A stretch of DNA of 64,000 bases from Lingula anatina (Eukaryota > Animalia > Brachiopoda): assembly GCA_051362555.1 (NCBI GenBank), contig CM120649.1, positions 13,888,001 to 13,952,000 on the forward strand, written 5' to 3'. Each line of letters begins with the position of its first letter. Position 1 is the first letter of the stretch. The notes beneath the pieces were generated by a model. It was not told the origin of the DNA. It did not search any database and was given only the letters and a program-made list of their open reading frames with translations. Both the position numbers and the translations under genes were made by a program. Shown here piece after piece: positions 37,501 to 49,504 of the stretch.

Positions 37501-40500
37501 ATGTGGATGATCCGCAGCTTGGTCGTAGGATTCATTTCTCTGAGTCTGATATGGCGTTCCTTCGGCCAAGGTGATTTGGACAACCCTTTAGAAAGTGAGT
37601 CAAATATTATTTTTTATCTGAAACTTATTTTTAACAATTCATATTTCAATAGAAATTAAACTCGATGTATGATTTTAATCAGATTTTTATATTTAATTTT
37701 TTAAAAATTATAGACTGGATTTCTAAATTTAAGGTACTAGAATATAATATAAATTGATAAGTGCAGACTACATGAAACGAAGTACATTTTATTCAACATA
37801 AAAGCTGGAACCAATGAAACAATAACAAGTAACCGTTTCTAAGATTATGCATGTTTCGACAATTAACTCTGAATTTATAGGCTTTATCAAAAAACAAGAA
37901 AGGTAGGTTTTCAATGTACCAGATAACTGGAAATTTGGTATTACCAAAAAAACGAACCATATATACATGAACATTTAACATTTCTTCAAGAAAATCACAA
38001 AAATACCCAAACATACAAAAGATGATGAAATATTTATAGGAAAAATAAAAAGGTAAAAATAATTTGAGCCGAAGGCTGTAATTTTACAGCGTTTGTAATA
38101 GTTGTCTACTGTACCAGTACACTAAAATGTATTTCATAGTTCGTTCCACCGATTGTGAAATTTTTTTTGTCTTACATTTGAATTGTACAGACACTTTTCA
38201 GAAAAATATTTTCCTTGCATTTTCAAAACATTCCATCCGAAGAATACCTCTTTTTTAACGCGTGTTGTAAACATATTTTTATTAAAATAACAAAATTCAC
38301 ATTCGTTTCCAAAACAGAAATTTATCTTGCTGAATATGACATCGACTTTAGTGTTTTTAGGACATTTTTCTTAAAACTTAATTGTTAACTTGTTTCCGCT
38401 CTTTTTCATGAACAGTTCTTATATACAGATGAATCCATGTCACTTGGCGATCTTACATCAGGTACATTGTACCAGTTTCATTGTCGCACAAAAGACGCAG
38501 AAAGGACGCCGTGTAAAGGGGGTTTAAGTGAAATGAGACTAAAATACAGTTGTAAATTGGCGTAGCCAAGCAAATCTATGAGTTGTAGACTTAATCTGCC
38601 TCTCAGTAGTCATACATTTTGCAAACCGAGACCATTTTTGACGCAGATTCAGATAAGGTTGGGACCTTCGACTTGTTATATTATTGCCACCGGTTTTATA
38701 GGGTTTCATTGTGACTTTGAAGAAAATGACTGCGGTTTTACATGGATCACCGAAGATACGCATGATACATGGTTCGTGGCTCGCCGGGCTGCTTGTTGCC
38801 CCTATCCACAGTTCGACGTCACAACCCAATCCAGAGACGGTAAGTGTAAAACAGGTTTCGGGAAAATTTAAGAAAACACGTTTTGTCTCTTACCAGCATA
38901 TAGGTAGACGCTCTTTTTGGCAACCTTGACACTGTTCTGAGACGTAATTTACCCACCCATGAAGTGTTCTCTTGGTGAAGTTTGTATGTGCTTAAAATTT
39001 TTAATGTCATATTTTCATGTCAAAATATCTATTCCCAATATAGTCCCTAAAAAACTTAAAATTACAGTTCTATCGGTGAATAATTCGTTAGATCTATGAG
39101 ATGTTTAGAAGCTGAAATACCGTGGTTCGTTTAGAACTTTAATATTTTAAGCCCCAAACGTTAAAAGTCATCTAGTTAGTAATAAAACAAAAATTATGTA
39201 ATTCAAGTGCGGGCACAGCTTAGATAGATTTCGCCGGAAATACCGCAAAGATTATATTTAACTCTGATTATAGCAAGAATTACACGGTTAAAGAGGGTTG
39301 CAATCAAACACCTGCTGCGCTGAAATTAAACGGGTGCTTTTAAAGGCGTCCTGGCCATGACTGGAAGAAGAAAGGATCGGGAAAACCATGTGAGATTTGG
39401 TGCACAACCCCAGATGATCAAAACGTTAAACGATTTAAGTTCATGAGGACGCATGCAATTCTCCTTTAAAAAAGGGCGGATAGCAAATGTCGTGTGAAAG
39501 TGATTAAGACCCCGTCCTTTGAAACAGTTGGGGCAGCAGTTCGTTGAATCCCAGTCTCCCCTTGTTAGATAAATCTCTGACAGGGCTCCGTCTGTAACTC
39601 GACAAATTAAATGTAGGCCTAATTGCTAAATTACGAAAATGCTTAGTAGAGGAGGGTCTTAACAGAAATAAGCAATCCAGATTTGACTCTACTTTTTGAA
39701 ATATTATTTGATACTACTGAAATCAAAATGCAATGTCATTGGTCCTTCAGAGTTTAAATATTTCCATTGTCTACAGGAATATCAGTTCAGAATAATTTAT
39801 TGCTAATTACATTATGTCGGCTACAAGTAAGTAAAATATTAACAACTTATTCTTATAGATATTTTAATCCTGAATTAGCTTTATAAAATCTGGTAAGTGC
39901 TGTATTTTCAGGGCATTTGATGTATCTCAGGGAAGACGATCATCTCGCCAATGCAGGGAGAATTGTTTCCGGCAAAGCGGTCACTCCATGGATCGGTAGA
40001 GATGCCGAACATTACTGCATTCAGTTTTACTACTACATGCATGGCATCCGTAATCATATAAATTTGACAGTTTATGCATTAATGGTAAGTAAACCGGCTG
40101 AGAGTGTTCACGTCTTTCCCAGCAGACACTGAAAGTTTTTTATAACGTTACCATAACGATTACATACCCCCCCACAAAAAAAACGTTATAATAACGATAT
40201 GGTATCGTTAAAAACGTTATGTGTTTGCTGGGTTTTCCCTTCCTAGTGACGGTATACTCTTAATTTTCACATTATCGAATGGTATACAATATGCATATAG
40301 TAAAAGAATCGTAAGATTTCAGCAACTTCTCTCAAAACTTTTCAAAGTGACGATCTTGAACTACATGTACCTGGCGATTTGAGTGATACTTACATATCCG
40401 TTCACATTCATTTCAGGCCGATGGTTCCTCTTCTGTTCTGTTGAATGACACCGGGTTTACCTCAGTGGCTGCTGGCGCCGATACGGGGCGTTACATCAGA

Positions 40501-43500
40501 ATTTGGAAAAACTGGCCGCCGCCTGGAATAAACACCTCTCTTTCCAGTCCGTTCCAGGTTCGTGTTTTCGATGCGTTTTTTTTTTTCGTTTAATTTTTAT
40601 TCCTTCTCTCGAGTGTTGGTTCTGCTTTTTATCATGTTTAGCTTCTTTCTTTCTTTTCGCTGCCATCTTGAGGGATTTATTTGAATAAGGACTCTGATGT
40701 GGATAAAGTGCATACAGAACAGCGGACTAACAGATCCGCGGATCAAATATGGCCGACCCACTTGAATGCTTGTTGCGTAACTTCGCGGCGAATTTATTCA
40801 GTGTCTAATCGGGAATTAAGGGGCTAGTTTTTTATTGTTTAATTTTTGTAGTATAAAACTTACACATTTTGACCTGAATAAATCTTTTCAAATATCATGA
40901 AAATAAGTTGCGTTATAGTGATGACGATGAGGTGGAGCTTGAATACTTTATTCACCATACAAATTCAAGGGAGTTCAACGGTACGTATTCTCTGAACTCT
41001 CCGAACTGATCACGTGTTAACTTGTTTCGTGCCAGCATCTTTTGCGTACATGTAATCTATAAATTTCTTATAATTAGGTAGTCTATTTAAAGACCAGTTC
41101 CATATTCTAAAACAACATACATAACAATGCATGTCCAGATACACCAGAGCTCACAAATACTTTTTGATTGTGAAATCAACCAATCAACCAGAACCTCATG
41201 CATCGTCGATATTTTCCACTCTTGCCTGATACAAAAACAACGTTCTAATTACACGGCTCCAAACAGGTTTATTCTTCTTAATAACTCTCCAATTTTTATT
41301 TAGTTGAATTAACTATAATCCTTTAATTTTGGGCTAATGAAACCATAACCATTTAACAACGGATTGAAAAGCATTTGCAACGGATTGGTAAGCATTTGCA
41401 CTCCTCTGTCTCTCATCTGTCACAATGCATACTCAGTATATTGATAACTTGTATAGATATATTACATATATATATGGATAATAGCTAAATGTAAATATTG
41501 CAAGGTTATTTTTACTTGCTTCCACAGAATATAATATAATATAATATTACGACCTTGATTATAGATACTATTTGAAGGTCGGATAAACGGCGACGCCACT
41601 GACGAAAAATATATTGTAGTTATAGATGAAGTCTCGGTAACAACTGGATTCTGTTCTAACGGTGAGTGGTCAAAAACCATACATTGAGTTTGTTTTATGG
41701 GCATAAGTACTGATTTCCATTATATTTGGGCAAGCCGTAGTTTTTTACTGATGCCTATCAACTGGATTATTTAATTAAATATGATTACAAGGTCAGTTAG
41801 TTAAAGTAAAAAATGTAAATCCCTTGATCTCGTACTACTCATAATGGTAACTGCTCGATTTGATGACTCGATTTACGACAAAAAAAGGGATCTGATTTCG
41901 TCATGAATTAAAGTTTTTCCTTAAATGTCCTTTTTTACACTGAAGACATTGTTTTAGTTCATTTCGCTGGCGAACTTGCGATTCATAGTAACGACGTTGA
42001 AATTTTTGTGTCGCACTGAGACGGCCTACACAAAATGGACAATAAAAGTGTCACCCCTACTGAACCAATACTTTGGGGGTGATAGATGACTGTGGAATGA
42101 TATGCTCATGGTATCATTTTATTAACATCAAATTTCACAAAAAAACCCCACAAAATGTAGACCAGGCATTATAATTACTCAAGATCTGCCTACTTTGATT
42201 ATTAATTACTTGATTATTATTTGATGACTCTGATTCGGGGGGTGACACTTCTATTAATTGTCCATTGTGTGTAGTTAATTGACAGTACCTTACACAGTAT
42301 AGTCAACGTCACCTCTTCGGCGCCATTAATGTTCCAAATTCTAACATTTTCAGAGCTGTCTTGCGATTTTGATGATGGTTACTGTGGATACTACCAGAAA
42401 GAAATTACTCTCCGAGCATGGGCGTACATTACAACTTCTACTTATTATTTCCCGCGAACGGATCATTCAGGTAGGCCGGTCACAATCAATATGCACCAAG
42501 AGTGGATGCTAACGTCAGCTAATGTCAGCTTGACTGGCTTACTATCTGGCTGACTGTCTGATTGACTGTGTTATTGACCGGATGCCTGGGTAACGGATTG
42601 GCTGGTTGACTAACTGGTTGAATGCATGACTGTTATTGGCTGGCTAAATTACGGCATGGTTGGCTGACTAACTGGTTGAATGAATGACTGTTATTGACTG
42701 GCTGACCCACGACTTGATTGGCTGACCAACTGGTTGAATGAATGACCTGGTGGTTGCCTGAGTAACTTGGTGCTTGGATGGCCACTGGAGAAAGAAACAC
42801 ATTTTCGCATTTTTTAGTTTCGATATTCGTTGTATTTTTGTGTTTTTTTTTTCGATTTCCGTTGTCCTTTTGTCAAATTAATTTTTTCCCGTTGTTAGGA
42901 CAGGGCGGAAGATTTTCGTACGACTGCACGCTACTCCCTTTTGGTGGATCGGGTTATATCAGAAGTCTACCGTATGCCATTAATGATACGTATACAGGTA
43001 AACTGTACGTTGTTGCCCACCTGGACCCATCTTGACATTTAATTTATACACATACATATGTACAGATGCACATTTTTCTAAATTCATGCATGTTGGCAGT
43101 GGCATCTTACCAACTTATTCCAGTCTATCCTTTCTCTTTTCCAGTTTGGTCTCGTCAATCGACTAATGATTGCCAACTGTATTATCTTAAACCATTGATT
43201 TTATTACTTATATTTTATTTTTGTGTTTGTTTCTCACAAACAAACCTTTTTTATAGCTTTTCAGAGACTTTTTATATTTAATATAAATGTCCTTGGGACT
43301 CCTTCATCAGTAAGATGTGGCGTCTAGCAATGGAGGGGTAAAGCTTGTCATTGCCCTTGTAAATAAAGAAAAGATAAACTCTTATGGTATTAATTCTAGT
43401 AGTTATGTGTGTTCACTTAGGTCGTTTACATATATCCGAAGATTTTCCATGGTGTATGCAGTTTAGGATGACGTTAGACACAGATCAAGTCCAAGTGAAA

Positions 43501-43937
43501 CTGTTTGCCATAGCTGATGATGTCAGCAAATTATTATTGACGTATAAAGGTTCGTTTTGCAAACCAATGAAACGAGTGCTGTGTTTGAAAAGATTTGATT
43601 CGGCTGCATTGATCTTACCATCTGTTTAAAACATAATAAAATTCCTTAGTGTTTCCAAATTTATGCACTGAATCGTTAAATACGATAGTTCCAAATTTAA
43701 AAAAATCTGTATAAGGACATTAGCACAATATTCAGTTAGAATTATATACCAATTTCTTCTTCAAGACACTTGTCCTTAGTAAAAATTTTTTTGATATTGC
43801 ATAATTCAGAGAGTGGCCTTCTCAAGAGATTACATTTTTATTATTGAAAATATCACACGACCAATGTGAATGCTCGTATAAAATACTTTTATTATTCAGT
43901 TGTTTTCGCTCACGTATTATTATTATTCTTATCATTA

Positions 43938-43984
<47 letters not shown>

Positions 43985-44758
43985 CAGGGAGTACGCCGCA
44001 ACATCAAAGTAATATTTACACTTTATTTGAGATACCCATCCCAAGGGGCGTGTACCAAATTCAGTTCCAGGCCACATGCCCAACCTTGGAATTTGTAGAT
44101 ACTTTGTCAAAACGTTTGGCCGTCGACGAAATCACTGTCGTTCAAAAGACCTGTGCAGCTATACATGATTGTAAGCACAAACATACGCATGTTTTTATTT
44201 ATTTATTTATTGTAAATATCAATGCATGATACACAGCCTGGCTTTCAGAGGTCACCAAATACCCACCTCTTTACTGACCTAGAAAATTAAGGCAAAGGTA
44301 TATCGATTGGATGAAGGAAAGATTCCGGTGACCACTGAAACTCACATCCATAAACGGATTATAAATACACAACCTAAGTCTTTCGAGTAATGATTTTGTC
44401 TTATATGTTCTTCATTTTAGATTTAAATTTTCCTTGAATTAATTGTGGCATGCAGTCAGTGTTTATTCCCTTTATTCATAATTTGGCATCTATCAGTTAC
44501 CGCCATGAATGTGATAGCGTACACGGATTTTACCATACTTTCAATTATTTTTAAAATATAGCTTTCATATTTACAGCTATGACCTCCACGACGAAAAGCT
44601 CCCTAAAAACCAAAACGGACACAGAATCCACAACCACCACGACTGTGAAGACGCGTCCGTTTGAGGACTTCTTCGTACATGCGAACGGAAGAGAAGGTTT
44701 CAGGAATTCTTATATCATCACTGTACTATTTGTGCTGGCCTGTTTACTAGTTCCTTAA
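37501..44758 (+). CDS. Double-MAM-domain cell-surface protein, paralogue 1 (signal peptide, MAM-MAM, Thr-rich stalk, probable GPI signal), ~461 aa
   Basis: Exons 37501-37594, 38429-38461 (optional), 38702-38839, 39912-40084, 40417-40557, 41565-41661, 42354-42470, 42899-42997, 43421-43549, 43988-44170, 44577-44758. All GT-AG and in frame. MAM signatures CDFEENDCG...W...DVT...G..MY...CIQFYYYMHG...FQILFEG...VIDEVSV..G.C and CDFDDGYCG...DHS...LAVDEI. Ends in hydrophobic YIITVLFVLACLLVP*. Confidence 0.88.
40118..40232. mobile_element. Short MITE with CCCAGCA termini and 2-bp TSD (EnSpm/CMC-like)
   Basis: TT-CCCAGCAGACAC...GTGTTTGCTGGG-TT with internal AACGTTA repeats; a similar element lies at ~57312-57400. 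Confidence 0.55.
42029..42271. mobile_element. Tc1/mariner-type MITE, copy of the 9357 element in opposite orientation
   Basis: Same TIRs flanked by TA; internal CTGTGGAATGATATGCTC.TGGTATCATTTTATTAACATCAAATTTCACAAAAA is the reverse complement of ~9480-9533. Confidence 0.75.
42530..42770 (+). repeat. Degenerate tetranucleotide-derived minisatellite (~55-65 bp higher-order unit)
   Basis: Three copies of TTGGCTG..AC.AACTGGTTGAATG.ATGAC plus TGAC/TGGC tracts. Confidence 0.6.
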
Positions 44759-44864
44759 GTGCTTGAAAAACTAGTACGGTAGGATGTCTACTTTGCCAGT
44801 GCATATAATATTTAATTATATTAAATATTTAATAATATAATAATATTTAAAATGTTTATATTTT

Positions 44865-45042
44865 AAGATTTAAGTTGCAATGCGTGAGTATTATTAAATC
44901 ATTTAGTAATTTACAGTGCGTGTATCTATAAATCATTTAATCAGTTACAATGCGCTTATCCTTGAATTATTTAATCAGTTACAATGCATGTATTTTTAAA
45001 CCATTTAATTAGTTAGAATAAGTGTATCTCTAAATCATTTAA
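44865..45042 (+). repeat. AT-rich ~34-bp minisatellite, ~5 copies
   Basis: Consensus TAAATCATTTAATCAGTTACAATGCGTGTATCT. Confidence 0.65.
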
Positions 45043-45977
45043 CACGCAAAATAGTCCCTTGAAGTGAAATTCGTAAATGTCAATAGATTTAGTAGTTGCA
45101 TGTCACACTTGCAAGTCGTCATAACCTTCCTTAGGTCTCCGTGCAGACTTTCTATTTTATCTCAAAGTTTGAATCACATGAGTACGTTAATTGTGGTGCT
45201 AGAGACGCCGACTAGACGCTAACAAATCCTTCTGAATCTGTTTTGAAATGAACAGTGACTCCAGGCATACTGATGTAGTTTTATCTCGCCTGCGACCACA
45301 AATCGATCCTGAAGATTGTCATATAATGTGTTCGTGAGGTTTGTAGATGCTAGTGGCATAGAGTATGTAAGCACCTGAAAGCAATGAATAATCACAATGT
45401 GCCAGTGTGCGATTGTTCTTTTTAATTGCTGCTTCATGTTAACGACTTAACTGTGAGCATGGCTCCTCTTGGAGTCTACCTTTAATTTGGTAGTATGATA
45501 ATGTTAAAAAACATTTGAGCATATGAACATTGCCTCAATTATGTTACGGTTAATGATGATATTACATTCACTTGATAAAAATAGCATACGTGGTTTTTTC
45601 TTGGGCCAGACAAATGGCACTAGTACATACAAACGAACATTTTAAGCCAACCAACTTTAATACAATAATATCCGCAAACGCCTTTTTTGTTATTTTTTAA
45701 TTTTGTTTTTACGTCTGAAAAAAAATCTTAATGCTATTCGAAAACCTGCATCAGGTGCAGTTCTCATACAAAAATTGGTTTTCTCCACACTTTTCGACCA
45801 TAATCGCTTTTGCATTATCCGTCTAGCTAACGTCATACTATCTTACATAGAAAAAAGAGAGAAAGAAAAAAATACTCGAATCGTGTGCCACTATTAGCAC
45901 CTTGGGCACATGGAGACGCGCTAAAAGGGTTGAAGCAAAACGCTAAGCTTGAGTTACAGAAGTAACACGCTTGATCG

Positions 45978-46025
<48 letters not shown>

Positions 46026-47349
46026 CAGCAGTACAGCACAAGCAGCCGTGTGGGAGGGATAACAGTCTGGCTGCTTTGAAAGTAGTATTCCATCGTCTGC
46101 TCCGTTAGTTATAACTCACTTAAATTCCAAGTTGTCTAAAGAAGGGCCTATGCTGCCGAAAAGGGTAATCCTTGTAGAAACAAAAATTCCCTCCTCTTGG
46201 CCAGCTCAAGAACCTATATATCTATCTACTAATAGATCATCGCCTAACCACAGTCTTGGATTGTGCATATATAATTTAGGGCATTATTCGCATTCCTCTC
46301 AGCCTGTCCCTATATTTAACTCGATCGCAGTGCCCGCACTCTATTGAGATCTTTGCTTATCTCGGTGTCCTTTTGAATGATTACTACGATACCTTGTGTC
46401 CCTATAATTTCTGGACAAATTCGAAGATACATGATGTGGACATTTGCTAGAAATACAAATGCATTGCAAACTGCTTAACTGCGCTGACAAATTTTGGGAA
46501 TGTATAAATAAGCACCATTCAGGAGTACTGCCAGCAGCCATGCATTTACATTTTCATTAACCAAAACGACTGTAAAATATTGGTGCGCCGAAAGATCCCG
46601 GTTCTCTAAAATGTACAGTGTTGCTAAAATGATAGGTACTCCATGTATTACATGTTAATTATGCTTGAATCATGGCAACTGCTGCTTGCACAATCTTAAG
46701 GTGCCCTTGAAATTTTGTGTACCAGAGAGCTGCCTTTTTTGGCTTTTATTTTAGCCTCAAATTAACAGCTCCGTGATCAGAGCATGATTCTTATTGACAA
46801 TTATAGTCTATACATTTATACTTTTTGGTTAAACTTTATTTATTGAGGATAAAAACATTGTTAATTTTTTAAAAAAAACTTCCCTATGGCCATCAGTTGC
46901 CATGTGATCCGTGTGAAATCTGGCGATTTTGACGTTTTCCTCCAAAGGAGCTTAACTCAGTTGAGGAATCTGGCTTCCAAATATAAAAACGCCACCTCCG
47001 GTCTTGTTGTCCTTAACATCCTCAGCCAACAAGTGATCCCCCAGGAAGAACACACATTTGACTACGGCGGCCACAACAGCGAAATAAGCCATCTCTTTAT
47101 TCATCTGTACAATCACAAGGTACTAGACCGGTGCCGTATGGTTCCAAGTGTTGCCATGTTCACATCAGTCTGGTACTTAAATTTATAGCTGGGTGATAAG
47201 TTGTCAAAAATTTCCCACATACTGTATTGTATCCCACGCGCTAGTTCTGATACGTGTCATTCATCAGTCATTTCTCAATCATTCACCAGTCACTCTCGCA
47301 TGTGCTTATACACTGCCTGTAATAAAAAAGCTGATTCATAGCATAATCT

Positions 47350-47547
47350 CCCTTAGCAAATGAAAAAGTTTGCGGCTGCGAGTTTGCAGGCGTTAGCAAG
47401 AAAATTTTTATTGCTGCTAATTTGCAGCCTTATTGGAGCAAAATGGCTACAAATATGCAAGAAAGAATTGCAGTTTGCTGCAATGTCGCAGCAAATTTGC
47501 TGCAAATTCCCTGCAATTTTGCAGCAGGCCTGATATTTTTCCAAGGA
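47350..47547. mobile_element. Probable MITE with internal TTTGC/GCAAA subrepeats
   Basis: CCCTTAG..AAA at the left and TTTTTCCAAGG at the right; dense TTTGCAGC/GCAGCAAA repeats inside. Confidence 0.4.
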
Positions 47548-48062
47548 CTTTGTTATTGTACTCGGCTACACATAATTATCAGTCATGTTTTATCTAAATA
47601 TCCCCCTACTCTTACTCCATGGCTATTATCAAGGAAGCTTCATTCAATGGCGTGGCGGGATAAAACGCAGCTTTTTTTAGTTTTGTAGAAGTGCACATGT
47701 GGTAGATTCTGTCAACTTTGAGAAGTAGTGAGACACGGGGTACTGCCTACTTGTTAATTTATCAACTTTCAATTTTACAACAAACAATTCTTCCATGGAC
47801 CATTCTGTAAACATTGGTAGAATCCGAAGGTGTACCAACCATTTTGGGCGACAGCGTATCTAGGTTTTAGGCAGAGATTACATTGTTCTTAATTAGACGT
47901 AATCAAGACTCATTACGTAAAACCATTAGGGAATAGGTGCCCGAGGCAATGTTATTGAAGTATATTAAAATTCTCGCACCTGTTTGAGCAACTAAAGAGG
48001 CGTATTCGTCTGCACAGCGACTGGAGACAACTTCTCAACAGGATTTGTTTTACAAAGAAAGA

Positions 48063-49459
48063 ATGTGGATGGAGAGCAGATTCATCAAAGTAATCATAAT
48101 TCTGAGTCAGGCATGGTATTCCATCGGCCAAGGGGACTGGAGCCATCCACTAGAAAGTAAGTTAATATAGTTTTTTTTTTTTTTTTTTTTTGAAACCCGT
48201 TTATAATAATACCATCTTTCCTCTTTCATCTTTTAAAATAGACGTTAATTATATAATCAGATCTTTCAGTAGTATACCATTATATTTGTTTTCGATTTAG
48301 AAAAACAACAGGCTGGGAAAACAGTGTCAAATTTTAACTAAACTGTGACATGAGAACGATGAAAAACTCTGATACTGGAATTCGCAATAGCAACTGACCG
48401 ACGTCGCTGTCTCAACCTGAGACCTTTAAATAATGAACTGGATGGACAGGTCACCTCATTTATTGGCATACTGCCAAAAATAGTCTCCAGTGTCAGCTCT
48501 ATACAGAGTTCTCATTTTAATTTTACTGGATGACTAAAACGTTTACTCATTTTTAAACTTTTGGTAGCATTCTCATTTGCAACCCCATTCCTAAACGGTG
48601 TGCATCTTGCTCAATTTCAAAGAAAGAAAATGTTTTTACTTTAGGACAATGTTTTTGTCACTTTTTGCTGTCCGAAAACAAGCATATGTCATAACTGTTA
48701 ATACCCTTTTTCCAGGTGTCCCACTTCATGATTATGTGTACTTTTAACTGAAACAACGTATTAAAATCTTTTTATACAGGTATATTCCGTCGGATGAAAA
48801 AATAATCAACACACTAGTGAAATTCATTTATTTGCAGCAAACAGTAAAGACTAGAACAATTAAGAGACATGCGATTTAATTGAACTATCATCTTTGATAT
48901 TTGGTATGTTTTACATTTGAAATAATGTCTTTTGCGTGAATACTGCTTTGGCATAGAGAACATTGCGAAGGATGCCTACTGCACAGTCAAGCATGTTTAA
49001 AGGCAGTTATTTAATTGATCTTCTTAATCTTCTAACATTTTGCAAAACAAGGTCATTTCAACCACATGTTCTTTAAGGCGATGCAGGACCTTATTTGTTT
49101 AGTTAATTCTTTAGTTACCTATGAACTAATGGCACTGTCCTATATAAAAATCTCAAAAGATTTGGATACATGAAAAATATATATTTTAAAAAAATTGAAA
49201 GTAAATTTTATGTATATTCTTATTAACTTTTGAAGCTTTTAGATTTTAACTAACATAACGCTTTTCTTTATTAATATCTTTATTTTATTTATTTAATTTT
49301 ACTTTTTTCTTTTATAAATATTTTTAATAAATAAGTTTTGTTCATTAACACAATATATTATTCTAACCCCTCAGAAGGCCATGTGTAAGATACGTGTATG
49401 CAGGTAACATGTTTTGTCCTCTTTAATTAAAGGTTATAATAAAGATAATAATAATAATA

Positions 49460-49504
<45 letters not shown>

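Noticed and set aside
46136-46165. Hammerhead-like CTAAAGA-AGGGC...GCC-GAAA
   Set aside because: The core G is mutated and flanking helices are not evident; at most a retroelement remnant.
46886-47188. 100-aa plus ORF, and minus-strand KDNKTGGGVFIF resembling a LINE endonuclease motif
   Set aside because: The ORF has no recognisable domain, and a single short motif is not enough to call an element.
49375-49403. Candidate mini-exon in paralogue 2 intron 1 (TCAG|...GCAG|GTAACA)
   Set aside because: At 29 nt it would shift the frame, and it shows no similarity to the paralogue 1 mini-exon.
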